Made by a program: the position numbers and the translations under genes. Of a stretch of DNA of 64,000 bases, positions 17,611 to 27,644 are shown piece after piece; positions within the stretch are counted from its first letter, which is position 1; every line of letters starts with the position of its first letter. The stretch comes from an uncultured Gammaproteobacteria bacterium (GTDB lineage: Bacteria > Pseudomonadota > Gammaproteobacteria > DRLM01). Location of the stretch: contig CAVSNY010000006.1 in assembly GCA_963729605.1 (NCBI GenBank), positions 320,001-384,000 of the forward strand, read 5' to 3'. The notes beneath the pieces are model-generated. The model saw nothing but the letters and a program-made list of their open reading frames with translations. It had not been told where the DNA came from and made no database searches.

Positions 17611-18933
17611 TTGCCAGACGCCAAAAAAGATCAACAGTTCGTCAACTGGTTTCGCCACTCTTCACCCTACATCAACGCCTTTCGCGGGCGCACTTTCGTC
17701 ATCACCTTCGGCGGCGAGGCGGTGGCGGACCACCATTTCGCCAGCCTGATCCACGACATCGCCTTGCTCAACAGCCTGGGCGTGCGGCTGGTGCTGGTGC
17801 ACGGCGCGCGGCCGCAGATCGAACAACGCTTGAACGAACGGGGCGCGGACATCCGTTATGTGAACGGGTTGCGGGTCACCGACGCCACCGCGCTGGCCTG
17901 CGTGAAAGAGGCGGTGGGCACGCTGCGGGTGGAGATCGAGGCCCTGCTGTCGATGGGCCTCGCCAATTCGCCGATGGCCGGCGCGCGTATCCGCGTCAGT
18001 TCGGGCAACGCGGTCACCGCCAAACCGGTGGGGGTGCGTGACGGGGTGGATTACTGCCACACCGGCGAGGTACGGCGCATCGACGCCGAGGCGATTCGCC
18101 AGCAGCTCAACGAGGGCGGACTGGTGTTGCTGTCGCCGCTGGGTTACTCGCCGACCGGTGAAGTCTTCAATCTCACCGCTACCGAAGTCGCCACCGCCAC
18201 CGCGGTGGCTTTGAAGGCCGACAAACTGATCAGCCTCATCGAAGCGCCCGGTGTCGCCGGGCCGCGCAAACGCCTGCTCCGCCAACTCACCCTGCCCGAG
18301 GCGAAACGGGTGCTGGCGCAGCCGGGCGTATTCAGCGAAGAGGTATTTACCCATTTGCAAAGCGCGTTGCGCGCCTGCCAGAACGGCGTGCGGCGCGCCC
18401 ATCTGCTGGACCGCCACATCGACGGCGGACTGCTGCTGGAACTGTTCACCCGCGACGGCATCGGCACCATGATCACCGCCGATATCTATGAAGGCACCCG
18501 CCGCGCCACCATCGACGACATCGGCGGCCTGCTGGAGCTGATCGCGCCCTTGGAAGCGGCGGGAATATTGGTGCCGCGCTCACGGGAACGGCTCGAGATC
18601 GATATCGAGCACTTCACCGTGGTGGAACGTGACGGGACCATCATCGCCTGCGCGGGCTTTTATCCCTTCATCGAAAAGAAGGCGGCGGAAATCGCCTGTT
18701 TCGTGGTCCATCCGGATTATCAAGATCTGGGGTACGGCTCGGCCTTGCTCGAACAACTGGAGACCGAGGCGCAATTGTTGAACATCACCCGGATATTCGT
18801 ACTCACCACCCGCACCTCCCATTGGTTCCGCGAACGCGGCTTCGCGCCGGGCAGCTTGCAGGATCTGCCGGTGGCGCGGCGGCGCTTGTACAACTACCAA
18901 CGCAATTCTAAGATTTACGTGAAGACGCTGTAA
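17611..18933 (+). CDS. argA: Amino-acid N-acetyltransferase (N-acetylglutamate synthase)
   Basis: FVNWFRHSSPYINAFRGRTFVI, VHGARPQI, ELFTRDGIGT, C-terminal GNAT with LTTRTSHWFRERGF and YNYQRNSK. Confidence 0.96.
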   Translation: MPDAKKDQQFVNWFRHSSPYINAFRGRTFVITFGGEAVADHHFASLIHDIALLNSLGVRLVLVHGARPQIEQRLNERGADIRYVNGLRVTDATALACVKEAVGTLRVEIEALLSMGLANSPMAGARIRVSSGNAVTAKPVGVRDGVDYCHTGEVRRIDAEAIRQQLNEGGLVLLSPLGYSPTGEVFNLTATEVATATAVALKADKLISLIEAPGVAGPRKRLLRQLTLPEAKRVLAQPGVFSEEVFTHLQSALRACQNGVRRAHLLDRHIDGGLLLELFTRDGIGTMITADIYEGTRRATIDDIGGLLELIAPLEAAGILVPRSRERLEIDIEHFTVVERDGTIIACAGFYPFIEKKAAEIACFVVHPDYQDLGYGSALLEQLETEAQLLNITRIFVLTTRTSHWFRERGFAPGSLQDLPVARRRLYNYQRNSKIYVKTL

Positions 18934-19054
18934 GGACGCGGGTGGTTTTTCCGAGGACTTCGCACAATACACGTTTGCGGCTTCGCGCCCGCCAGAAACA
19001 TCCGCGGGCTCCGCGGGATTAAACGCGACGGTATGATGGGTGTAAATCCGACAC

Positions 19055-19333
19055 AAAATAAAAGGGCCAGGCATCCGCCCTGGCCCCGGTTCATGCCCCG
19101 ATGGGGGCACTTGGTTTGACCCATCGACTGATGGGTGACTAGGTGGACTTGCCTGTCCTAAGGACCATCTCCCACGAACCCGCCGTTGCCCGCCGCACCA
19201 ACCACAACACCCCGACGATCATTGTCTTGGGTTGATCGGGCCGCCGGTCACAACCGTCCGTTTCAAACGTCCTCCTTGTCAAGTGAACAGAGCAACGTCC
19301 CTGATTCCACACCCACGCTGATCAGCGAGGTGT
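19055..19333 (-). ncRNA. Candidate CsrA/RsmA-titrating small RNA (about 280 nt)
   Basis: Eight GGA motifs on the minus strand versus two on plus, several hairpins, terminator GGGCCAGG-GCGGATG-CCTGGCCC-TTTTATTTT (19055-19086), and its own promoter. Confidence 0.6.
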
Positions 19334-19339
19334 TCTTAA

Positions 19340-19385
19340 GGTTTAGTAGACGATGGACAAAGGGTCAAGTCTGGGGGAAATCCCA
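19340..19385 (-). promoter_or_regulatory. Sigma70-type promoter with upstream 14-bp palindromic box for the candidate sRNA
   Basis: TTGACC (19363-19368), 17-nt spacer, TAAACC (19340-19345); TGGGATTTCCCCCA at 19372-19385 just upstream of -35. Confidence 0.55.
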
Positions 19386-19404
19386 ATAGGATCGGGCGCG
19401 GAAT

Positions 19405-21675
19405 TTATTTGCCCGCCCGCACCAGGCCGCCCAGCCCGGCGTCCACCAAGGCGCGCTCGAGGTGCAGGCGGACCGTGTCGGCCCCTTCGCAGGCCAGGGC
19501 AACCGACAGCAGTTCACGGGCGCGTTGCTGAGTAAAATTGCGCAATACCCACTTCACCCGCGGCAGACTGGCCACGCTCATGCTGAGATTGTCCACCCCC
19601 ATGCCCAGCAGCAAAATCGCCGCCACCGGATCGCCCGCCATTTCACCGCAGATGCCCACCGGTTTGGCTTGAGCGTGGCCGGCGGTCACCACGTCTTGTA
19701 TGGCCTGCAACACCGCCGGATGCAATGCGTCGTACAAGCCGGCGACGCGGGAGTTGTTGCGATCCACCGCCAGCAGATATTGGGTAAGGTCGTTGCTGCC
19801 GATGGAGAGAAAATCCACCCGCCGGGCGATGGCCTCGGCTTGATAGACCGCCGAAGGCACTTCCACCATGACGCCTAGCGGCGGCATGACTACGTTCTCA
19901 CCTTTCTCGCGCAATTCGCGGTAGGCGCGTTCCACCAGCCGTTTGGCTTCATCCACTTCGGCGAGTTGGCTGACCATCGGCAACAACAGGCGCAGATTGT
20001 CGAGGCCCGCGCTGGCGTGCAGCATGGCGCGCAGCTGCACCATGAAAATTTCCGGATGATCGAGGGTGATGCGGATGCCGCGCCAACCGAGAAACGGATT
20101 GTCTTCGGTGATGGGAAAATACGACAGCGGCTTGTCACCGCCCACATCCAGGGTGCGCAACACCACCGGCCGCGGCGCGAAGGCCTCCAGCACTTGGCGA
20201 TAGATCCGCCGCTGTTCCTCTTCGCCGGGAAAACGATCGCGGATCATGAAGGGAAATTCGGTGCGGTACAAACCGATGCCTTCCGCGCCGTTGGCCAGCG
20301 AGGTCGAGACATCGGAGATCAAACCGGAATTGACGTACAAGGGCAGGCGCACGCCGTCGGGGGTCTCGGCGGGCAGGTCGCGCAAGTCCTGCAAACCGGC
20401 CACCAGCTCCGCTTCCTCGCGGGCCAGCCGGGTGTATTCGCTGCGCACCGCCTCGGACGGGTTCATGTAAACCCGGCCGCGATAACCGTCGACGATCAAC
20501 GCCCGCCCGTCCATGCGCCCCACCGGCAGATCGTCGGCACCCACCACCGACGGCACGCCCATCGCCCGCGCCAGAATCGCCACGTGGGAGGAACGCGAAC
20601 CGCTGGCGGACACCACCGCCACCAACCGTTCGCGCGGCACCTCCGCCAGCATGGTGGCGGTGATCTCCTCGCCGACCAGGATGGTCCGTTCGGGATAAGG
20701 CGGCGCCTTGCGCCGGCCCGCGCTCTGTAGACAGACCAATATTCGCCGGCCGAGGTCACGGATGTCGCCGGCCCGTTCGCGCAGGTAAGGTTCGTCCATG
20801 TCCTCGAACACCCGGGCGTGTTCATGGACGGTGTCGCGCAAGGCGCCGGAGGCCCAATTGCCGGCGCGGATGCGTTCCAGCACTTTGTCGACCAGGCTGC
20901 CGCTGCTCAGCATCAAGCCGTAGGCGTCGAACAAGGCCAGTTCTTCGGCGCTGAGGTGCAGGCTGAGCCGCTCGCCCCAGGTTTGAATCTCGCCCTGCAC
21001 CATGCCCACCGCGGTTTTGAAGGCGATGATTTCGGCATCGACGTCGGTGATCTTGCGATCGGGCACCGCGTCCAGATCCGCGGGCGGATAGATGACCATC
21101 GCCGTGCCGATGCCCACCCCCGGCGCGCCGGCCAAGCCATCGACCACGCCGCCGTCGAACGCGGTACCGCCATCACCCACCGGACCGATGCCGCCGCTCG
21201 CTTCGGCATGAGCGAGGGCGCCGGCCAGCTGCGCGGCCATGGTCACCAGAAACGCCACCTCGTCCTCGGCGAATTTGCGGCGCTCGCGCTGCCGCACCAC
21301 CAGCACGCCGAGCAGCTTGCGGTGATGAATGATGGGGACACCGAGAAAGGCGTGGTAATACTCCTCGCCGGTCTCGGCGACGAAGCGGTAGCGGGGATGA
21401 TCGGGGGCGTTGTCGAGGTTGAGCGGTTCGGCGGCGTCGGCCACCACGCTCACCACACCCTCGCCCATGGCCAGCGATACCCGGCCCACCGCGGCGGGAT
21501 TCAAACCGTCGGTGGCCATCAGGACGTGGCGGCGCTGGGTGTAATCGGCGAGATACACGGAACACACGTCGGCGGCCATGGCCTGTTTGACGCGTTTTAC
21601 GATGATGGCGAGGGCTTGCTCGAGATTACGGGCACTGGCGACTTCTTGAACGATGCGCCGCAAAACGTCGAGCAC
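19405..21675 (-). CDS. ptsP: GAF-containing PEP-protein phosphotransferase EI(Ntr)
   Basis: N-terminal GAF, SSHVAILARAMG phospho-His, GLYRTEFPF, NPFLGWRGIR, SIGSNDLTQY; downstream of rppH. Confidence 0.97.
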   Translation of the reverse strand: MLDVLRRIVQEVASARNLEQALAIIVKRVKQAMAADVCSVYLADYTQRRHVLMATDGLNPAAVGRVSLAMGEGVVSVVADAAEPLNLDNAPDHPRYRFVAETGEEYYHAFLGVPIIHHRKLLGVLVVRQRERRKFAEDEVAFLVTMAAQLAGALAHAEASGGIGPVGDGGTAFDGGVVDGLAGAPGVGIGTAMVIYPPADLDAVPDRKITDVDAEIIAFKTAVGMVQGEIQTWGERLSLHLSAEELALFDAYGLMLSSGSLVDKVLERIRAGNWASGALRDTVHEHARVFEDMDEPYLRERAGDIRDLGRRILVCLQSAGRRKAPPYPERTILVGEEITATMLAEVPRERLVAVVSASGSRSSHVAILARAMGVPSVVGADDLPVGRMDGRALIVDGYRGRVYMNPSEAVRSEYTRLAREEAELVAGLQDLRDLPAETPDGVRLPLYVNSGLISDVSTSLANGAEGIGLYRTEFPFMIRDRFPGEEEQRRIYRQVLEAFAPRPVVLRTLDVGGDKPLSYFPITEDNPFLGWRGIRITLDHPEIFMVQLRAMLHASAGLDNLRLLLPMVSQLAEVDEAKRLVERAYRELREKGENVVMPPLGVMVEVPSAVYQAEAIARRVDFLSIGSNDLTQYLLAVDRNNSRVAGLYDALHPAVLQAIQDVVTAGHAQAKPVGICGEMAGDPVAAILLLGMGVDNLSMSVASLPRVKWVLRNFTQQRARELLSVALACEGADTVRLHLERALVDAGLGGLVRAGK

Positions 21676-21700
21676 TGGATTTTATCTCCGCGGAATAAAA

Positions 21701-22234
21701 TCAACGCGGCAGCGCGTCATAACCCGTCTCTGTCGCCGCCAAGTCCGGCGCATCTCCAATATGCCGCCTCAGCAAGGGCGCCAGCTCGCGCAGGGCGCGG
21801 GTGTAGACCCGCCGCTTGAACGGCACCACGTTGCGCACCGGATACCAGTAGCTCACCCATCGCCAGTGATCGAACTCCGGCCGCTCGCTGAGATTCAAGC
21901 AGACATCGCTGTCGTCGGCGGCCAGCCGCAGCAGATACCACACCTGCTTCTGGCCGATGCACACCGGCTTGTCGTGATGGCGGATCAAACGGCTGGGCAG
22001 GCGATAACGCAACCAGCCGCGGGTATTGCCCATCACTTCAACGTGCTCGGGCAATAAACCCAGCTCTTCATTCAGCTCGCGGTACAAGGCCTCTTCGGGG
22101 GTCTCTTCGCAGCGGATGCCACCCTGCGGGAACTGCCATGCGTCCTGGCCGATGCGGCGCGCCCACAATAGGCGGCCGCGATCATTGCTGAGAATGATCC
22201 CGACATTCGGCCTATATCCTTCTAGGTCAATCAC
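21701..22234 (-). CDS. rppH: RNA pyrophosphohydrolase
   Basis: [20 protein letters not shown] Nudix box, [25 protein letters not shown]. Confidence 0.97.
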   Translation of the reverse strand: MIDLEGYRPNVGIILSNDRGRLLWARRIGQDAWQFPQGGIRCEETPEEALYRELNEELGLLPEHVEVMGNTRGWLRYRLPSRLIRHHDKPVCIGQKQVWYLLRLAADDSDVCLNLSERPEFDHWRWVSYWYPVRNVVPFKRRVYTRALRELAPLLRRHIGDAPDLAATETGYDALPR

Positions 22235-22405
22235 TTGAGATGGATGTCTCGAATTTTAATACCTCAATTCTTTCACAAAACAACGACATCCTGCAAATCG
22301 AAAAAATAGCTGGCGCGGCGGTAACCGCTCACGGGTAAGAATTTACCTTTGCCGGCACAACTTCTATGCTTGGCCCTTTTTTGCACGACAAAGAAGGCTG
22401 GAGCC

Positions 22406-23059
22406 GTGACATTAGCCATTTTCGATTTGGACAATACCCTGCTGGGCGGGGACAGCGACTACCTGTGGGGCAACTATCTGGTGGAAAAAGGCCTGGTGGA
22501 CGGCGCCTATTATGAACGCGAGAACCAGCGTTTTTACGACGAATACCGGTCGGGCCGCCTCGACATCCATGAGTTTCTCGATTTCTCGCTCCGCCCGCTG
22601 GCGGAGACTCCCATCGCGCAATTGCGGGCCCTCCGCGAGCAATTCATGCGGGAGAAGATCGAGCCCATCATCCTCCCCGCCGCCCGCACATTATTGGACC
22701 ATCACCGGCAACGCGGCCACCTGTTGCTGATCATCACCGCCACCAACCAGTTCGTCACCGCCCCCATCGCCGCCGCGCTGGGGGTGGAACACCTGCTGGC
22801 CACCGATCCCGAGATGATCGACGGCCGCTACACCGGCCGGGTCGCGGGCACCCCCACCTTCCGCGAAGGCAAGGTGCAGCGGCTCACGGAATGGCTGCAA
22901 CGACACGGACACCACCTGGCGGACGCCTGGTTCTACAGCGACTCGCACAATGACCTGCCTTTGCTCGAACTGGTGACCAACCCGGTGGCGGTGGACCCGG
23001 ACGAGACGCTCCGCGTCCATGCCGAGGCCAAGGGCTGGCCCGTCATCAGTCTGCGATGA
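22406..23059 (+). CDS. HAD-IB (SerB1-like) phosphatase, probable histidinol-phosphatase
   Basis: FDLDNTL, ITATN, FYSDSHNDLPLL, AVDPD; divergent from rppH-ptsP as for Pseudomonas PA0335; GTG start after GGAG. Confidence 0.85.
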   Translation: MTLAIFDLDNTLLGGDSDYLWGNYLVEKGLVDGAYYERENQRFYDEYRSGRLDIHEFLDFSLRPLAETPIAQLRALREQFMREKIEPIILPAARTLLDHHRQRGHLLLIITATNQFVTAPIAAALGVEHLLATDPEMIDGRYTGRVAGTPTFREGKVQRLTEWLQRHGHHLADAWFYSDSHNDLPLLELVTNPVAVDPDETLRVHAEAKGWPVISLR

Positions 23060-24027
23060 TCCGGCCACAGCCACTGTTCCTCGGCCTCTTGTTGCTGAGC
23101 GGCGTCAGCCTCGCGGCGGCGCTGCTGATCGGCAGCGTCACCCTGAGTCCAAATACGGCGTGGGCGGTGTTGCAAGGCGGCGGCGATGACCTGCAACGGG
23201 CGGTGATCCTGGAATTGCGCTTGCCGCGCGCCCTCAGCGCCTTCGCGGTGGGCGGCCTGCTGGCCCTGGCCGGCGCCTTGATGCAGGTATTGCTGCGCAA
23301 TCCGCTGGCCGATCCCTACATCCTCGGCGTGTCGGGCGGCGCGGCGGTGTTCACGCTCACCGCCATGCTGCTCGGCGCCAGCGGCGCGCTGCTCAGCGGG
23401 GCCGCCTTCGGCGGCGCCTTGTTCACCATGCTGCTGGTGTTCGCCCTGGCGCGGGGGCAAGGCGGTTGGACGCCGGTGCGGCTGCTGCTCACCGGGGTGG
23501 TGATCGCCTCCGGCTGGGCGGCGCTGATCGGTTTCATACTCGCGGTGAGCCCGGACACCACCCTGCGCGGCATGCTGTTCTGGTTGATGGGCGACCTCGA
23601 ATTCTCGACGCGGCCTTACAGCGCCTGGGCGGTGCTGACCGCGGGACTGGCGGTGGCGCTGGTGCTGGCCCGCGACCTCAACGTGCTGGCGCGCGGCGAC
23701 TTGCAGGCCCGCGCGCTCGGCGTGCCGGTCGGCGTGCTGTTTCCTCTGCTGTACGTCGGCGCCTCGCTGCTCACCGCGGCGGCCGTCACCTTGGCCGGCA
23801 CGGTCGGCTTCATCGGCTTGATCGTGCCCCATCTGCTGCGCTTGGTGGCGGGCGGCGATCATCGCATTCTGCTCCCCGGCGCGGTGCTGCTGGGCGGCAG
23901 CCTGCTCACCGCCGCCGACACCCTGGCGCGCACGGTGATCGCCCCGCAGCAACTGCCGGTGGGCGTGATCACCGCCCTGCTCGGCGTGCCGGTGTTTCTC
24001 TATCTGCTCAACCGGAGGGGCGGATGA
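23056..24027 (+). CDS. FecCD/BtuC-family ABC transporter permease
   Basis: LRLPRAL, LLRNPLADPYILGVSGGA, FWLMGDL, GFIGLIVPH, LPVGVITALLG. Confidence 0.93.
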   Translation: MIRPQPLFLGLLLLSGVSLAAALLIGSVTLSPNTAWAVLQGGGDDLQRAVILELRLPRALSAFAVGGLLALAGALMQVLLRNPLADPYILGVSGGAAVFTLTAMLLGASGALLSGAAFGGALFTMLLVFALARGQGGWTPVRLLLTGVVIASGWAALIGFILAVSPDTTLRGMLFWLMGDLEFSTRPYSAWAVLTAGLAVALVLARDLNVLARGDLQARALGVPVGVLFPLLYVGASLLTAAAVTLAGTVGFIGLIVPHLLRLVAGGDHRILLPGAVLLGGSLLTAADTLARTVIAPQQLPVGVITALLGVPVFLYLLNRRGG

Positions 24028-24809
24028 GCCTGTTGCTGGAAACCCGCGGCCTCAAGGTCGGCATCGCCGGCAAGACCGTCTGCCGCGCCCTCGACCTGCG
24101 CATCGCCGCCGGTCAACGCTGGGCGGTGCTGGGTCCCAACGGCAGCGGCAAGACCACGTTGCTCCACACCCTGACCGGATTGCGCGCCGCCGACAGCGGC
24201 GAGATTCTGATTCAGAACCGGCCGCTCGCCGCCTGGCCCAGCCGGGAGTTGGCGCGGATCGTCGGCACCCTGCTGCAAAGCCAGGACGATCCCTTCTCCA
24301 GCACGGTGATCGAAACGGTTTTAATCGGCCGTCATCCCCATCTGCAACGCTGGCAATGGGAGAGTGCCGAAGACCGGCGGCGCGCGGTGGCCGCCTTGGC
24401 GGCGGTGGATTTGCAGGGATTCGACGCGCGGACGCTCGCCACCCTCTCCGGCGGCGAGCGGCGGCGGGTCGGCCTCGCCGCGGTGCTGTGTCAGGAACCG
24501 CTGCTGTTCGCCCTGGATGAGCCGACCAATCATCTCGACCTGCATCATCAAGTGAGTGTATTGAACCTGTTCGCGCAGCTGGCGCGGGAAAATTCGCGCG
24601 CGCTGCTGATGGTGCTGCACGACGTCACCAGCGCGGCGCATTACTGCGATCACGTGCTATTGGTTTATGGTGACGGCGAAGTGCAGGCGGGGCCGAGCGG
24701 GGAATTATTGAACGAAGAAAATTTACGGCGTCTGTACGGCCACCGCCTGTACCAACTACGCGGTCCCGACGGCGTGGCCTGGCTGCCGGCGATGACCCGG
24801 CAAAGTTAG
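24024..24809 (+). CDS. FepC/BtuD-type ABC transporter ATP-binding protein
   Basis: GPNGSGKTT, LSGGERRR, LDEPTNHLD, VLHD; ATGA overlap with the permease stop. Confidence 0.92.
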   Translation: MSLLLETRGLKVGIAGKTVCRALDLRIAAGQRWAVLGPNGSGKTTLLHTLTGLRAADSGEILIQNRPLAAWPSRELARIVGTLLQSQDDPFSSTVIETVLIGRHPHLQRWQWESAEDRRRAVAALAAVDLQGFDARTLATLSGGERRRVGLAAVLCQEPLLFALDEPTNHLDLHHQVSVLNLFAQLARENSRALLMVLHDVTSAAHYCDHVLLVYGDGEVQAGPSGELLNEENLRRLYGHRLYQLRGPDGVAWLPAMTRQS

Positions 24810-24833
24810 AAAGCGAAGATCGGTCCGGCGGGC

Positions 24834-25871
24834 TTACAAGAAAGTATCCTTGTTCGCCGCTTTCGACGCGGCCTCTTGTTTGCCGACCACACCGCGGCGC
24901 ACCAGGTCTTGCAGGCATTGGTCGAGGGTCTGCATGCCGACGTTCTGACCGGTTTGAATGGCCGAATACATCTGGGGAATTTTCGCTTCGCGTATCAGAT
25001 TGCGGATGGCCGGCGTGCCGATCATGATCTCGTGCGCCGCGGCGCGGCCGCCGCCGATCTTCTTCAACAAGGTTTGCGAAATCACCGCCCGCAGCGATTC
25101 CGACAACATGGAACGCACCATCTCTTTTTCCGCGGCGGGAAACACGTCGACGATACGGTCGATGGTCTTGGCGGCGGAGCTGGTGTGCAGGGTGCCGAAC
25201 ACCAAGTGGCCGGTCTCGGCGGCGGTGAGCGCGAGGCGGATGGTCTCCGGGTCGCGCATTTCGCCGACTAGAATGATGTCCGGATCTTCGCGCAAGGCCG
25301 AACGCAGCGATTCGTTGAAACCGAGCGTGTCGCGATGCACCTCGCGCTGGTTGACCAGGCACTTCTTGCTGGTGTGCACGAATTCGATGGGGTCCTCGAT
25401 GGTGAGGATGTGGCCGAACTCGGTGTTGTTCTTGTAATCGACCATCGCCGCGAGGGTGGTGGATTTACCCGAACCGGTCGGTCCGGTCACCAGCACCAGG
25501 CCGCGCGGATTGTCGGCGATGGTTTTGAACACCGCCGGCGCGCCCAGTTCTTCCAATGACAAAATATTGGAAGGAATGGTGCGGAACACCCCGCCGACGC
25601 CGCGGTTGTGGTTGAACGCGTTGACGCGGAAGCGGGCGAGGCCGGGAATTTCGAAGGAGAAGTCAGTCTCGAGGAATTCCTCGAAATCCTTGCGCTGCTT
25701 GTCGTTCATGATGTCGTACATCATGGCGTGCACCGCCTTGTTGTCGAGGGGCGGCACGTTGATGCGCCGCACGTCGCCGTCGACGCGGATCATCGGCGGC
25801 AGGCCCGCGGACAAGTGCAAATCGGAGGCCGCGTTCTTGACGCTGAATGCGAGTAACTCGGCAATATCCAT
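24834..25871 (-). CDS. pilT: Type IV pilus retraction ATPase
   Basis: MDIAELLAFSVKNAASDLHL, GPTGSGKSTT, ALREDPD, AIRNLIRE; divergent from yggS. Confidence 0.97.
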   Translation of the reverse strand: MDIAELLAFSVKNAASDLHLSAGLPPMIRVDGDVRRINVPPLDNKAVHAMMYDIMNDKQRKDFEEFLETDFSFEIPGLARFRVNAFNHNRGVGGVFRTIPSNILSLEELGAPAVFKTIADNPRGLVLVTGPTGSGKSTTLAAMVDYKNNTEFGHILTIEDPIEFVHTSKKCLVNQREVHRDTLGFNESLRSALREDPDIILVGEMRDPETIRLALTAAETGHLVFGTLHTSSAAKTIDRIVDVFPAAEKEMVRSMLSESLRAVISQTLLKKIGGGRAAAHEIMIGTPAIRNLIREAKIPQMYSAIQTGQNVGMQTLDQCLQDLVRRGVVGKQEAASKAANKDTFL

Positions 25872-26014
25872 CGCTGATCTCCCTCATGCTGGATCGGTAC
25901 AACGTACGCCATCGGCAGAATAAACGCTTGCCTCCTTAGCGGCAGCCGGGCCGGGTTCTTGATACCATAGCACAGCGCCACGCGGCGCCCGTCGGTCTTG
26001 AATACATTCAACTC

Positions 26015-26731
26015 ATGAACGAAGCACAATATCAGCTCGAGGCCTTGCTCGCGGCGCGGCTCGCCGAGGTGCGGGCGCGCATCGCGGCGGCGGAACGGAC
26101 TTACGGCCGGCCGGCCGGCGCCGTCACCCTGCTCGCGGTCAGCAAGACCCAGCCGGTCGAGGCCGTCGCCGCCGCGTTCAAGGCCGGCCAGCACGAGTTC
26201 GGCGAAAGTTATCTGCAAGAGGCCCAACCCAAACTGAAAGCGCTCGGTACGGAAGACGTGACCTGGCATTTCACCGGAGCGCTGCAATCGAACAAGTCCG
26301 CCTGGATAGCTCAACATTTCGCCTGGGTGCACAGCGTCGATCGCCTGAAGATCGCCGAGCGGCTCAGCGCGCAACGGCCGCCGCACCTGCCCGCGCTCAA
26401 CGTCTGTATTCAAGTCAACGTGGGCGATGAGCCGCAGAAGGCCGGCATCGATCCGGGGCATTTGCCGGTATTGGCCCATGCCGTCGCCGCGTTGCCGCGC
26501 CTGCGCTTGCGCGGGTTGATGACGCTGCCCCCGGAGTCCGATGATTTCGCCACTCAGCGGCGGCACTTCCGCGCGCTGCGCGAGGCATGGCAGGCCTTGC
26601 GCGAACAAGGTCTGCCGCTGGACACCCTTTCTATGGGCATGTCGCAAGACCTGGAGGCGGCCATCGCCGAAGGCGCCTCTCTGGTACGGGTGGGCACCGC
26701 CCTGTTCGGCGCGCGGCCGCGCAAAACCTAA
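26015..26731 (+). CDS. yggS: PLP homeostasis protein
   Basis: LLAVSKT, FGESYLQEA, HSVDR, LRGLM, LSMGMSQD, VRVGTALFG. Confidence 0.95.
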   Translation: MNEAQYQLEALLAARLAEVRARIAAAERTYGRPAGAVTLLAVSKTQPVEAVAAAFKAGQHEFGESYLQEAQPKLKALGTEDVTWHFTGALQSNKSAWIAQHFAWVHSVDRLKIAERLSAQRPPHLPALNVCIQVNVGDEPQKAGIDPGHLPVLAHAVAALPRLRLRGLMTLPPESDDFATQRRHFRALREAWQALREQGLPLDTLSMGMSQDLEAAIAEGASLVRVGTALFGARPRKT

Positions 26732-26811
26732 ATCGCCGATCGCGGACTACACTTGTGATAATCTTCGCTGATTATCAGCATGCCCATTACCACGATGAAA
26801 GCCCGGCTCCC

Positions 26812-27644
26812 ATGAAGAACGTAGACATCGCCTTTATCGGCGGCGGCAATATGGCGCGCAGCCTGATCGGCGGCCTGATCGCCGACGGCGTCAAACCCGC
26901 GCGCATTTGGGTGGCGGACCCCAATCCGGCGAGCCTCAGCGACCATCAAAACCACTTTGGCGTGCGCACCACCGCCGACAATTCCCAGGCGGCCCGGCAG
27001 GCGCAAGTGATCGTGCTGGCGGTAAAACCGCAAGTGGCCAAAGCCGCGGCGCAGTCCTTGGCCGGCGTGTTGCGCGAACGGCCGGCGCTGGTCATCTCGG
27101 TGGCGGCGGGCATCCGTATAACCCACCTGCGGGACTGGCTGGGGGAAGAGACCGCGATCGTGCGCTGCATGCCCAACACCCCGGCGCTGGTGGGCAGCGG
27201 CGCCACCGCCTTATTCGCCAACCCCCATGTCACGCGCGAACAAAAGGATCTGGCCGAATCCATTCTGCGCGCGGTGGGCATGACGCTGTGGGTGGACGAT
27301 GAAGATTTGATGGACGCGGTCACCGCTCTCTCGGGCAGCGGACCGGCCTATTTCTTTTTGGTGATGGAAGCCATGGAGCAGGCCGGCGTTGCGCTGGGTC
27401 TGCCGCGACAAACCGCGCGCCTGCTGACCTTGCAGACCGCCTTCGGCGCCGCCAAGATGGCGCTGGAAAGCACCGAGGACGTGGCCGCGTTGCGGCGCCG
27501 GGTCACCTCGCCGGGGGCACCACCGAGCAGGCCATCAGGGTATTGGAAGAACACGGGCTCGCCGCCGGCTTTGACCAGGCATTGCGCGCCGCCCGGCAAC
27601 GCTCGATCGAATTGGCCAGTCTGTTCGGAGGGGAAAAACAATAA
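26812..27644 (+). CDS. proC: Pyrroline-5-carboxylate reductase, frameshifted at G5 27513-27517 as sequenced
   Basis: IAFIGGGNMA, LAVKPQ, RCMPNTPA, TALSGSGPAY, LRRRVTSPG; adding one G restores GTTEQAIRVLEE...GGEKQ* with TAATG coupling to yggT. Confidence 0.93.

Noticed and set aside
23466-24023. N-terminal extension of the 447-aa ABC ATPase ORF
   Set aside because: Out-of-frame overlap with the permease; the real start is ATG 24024.
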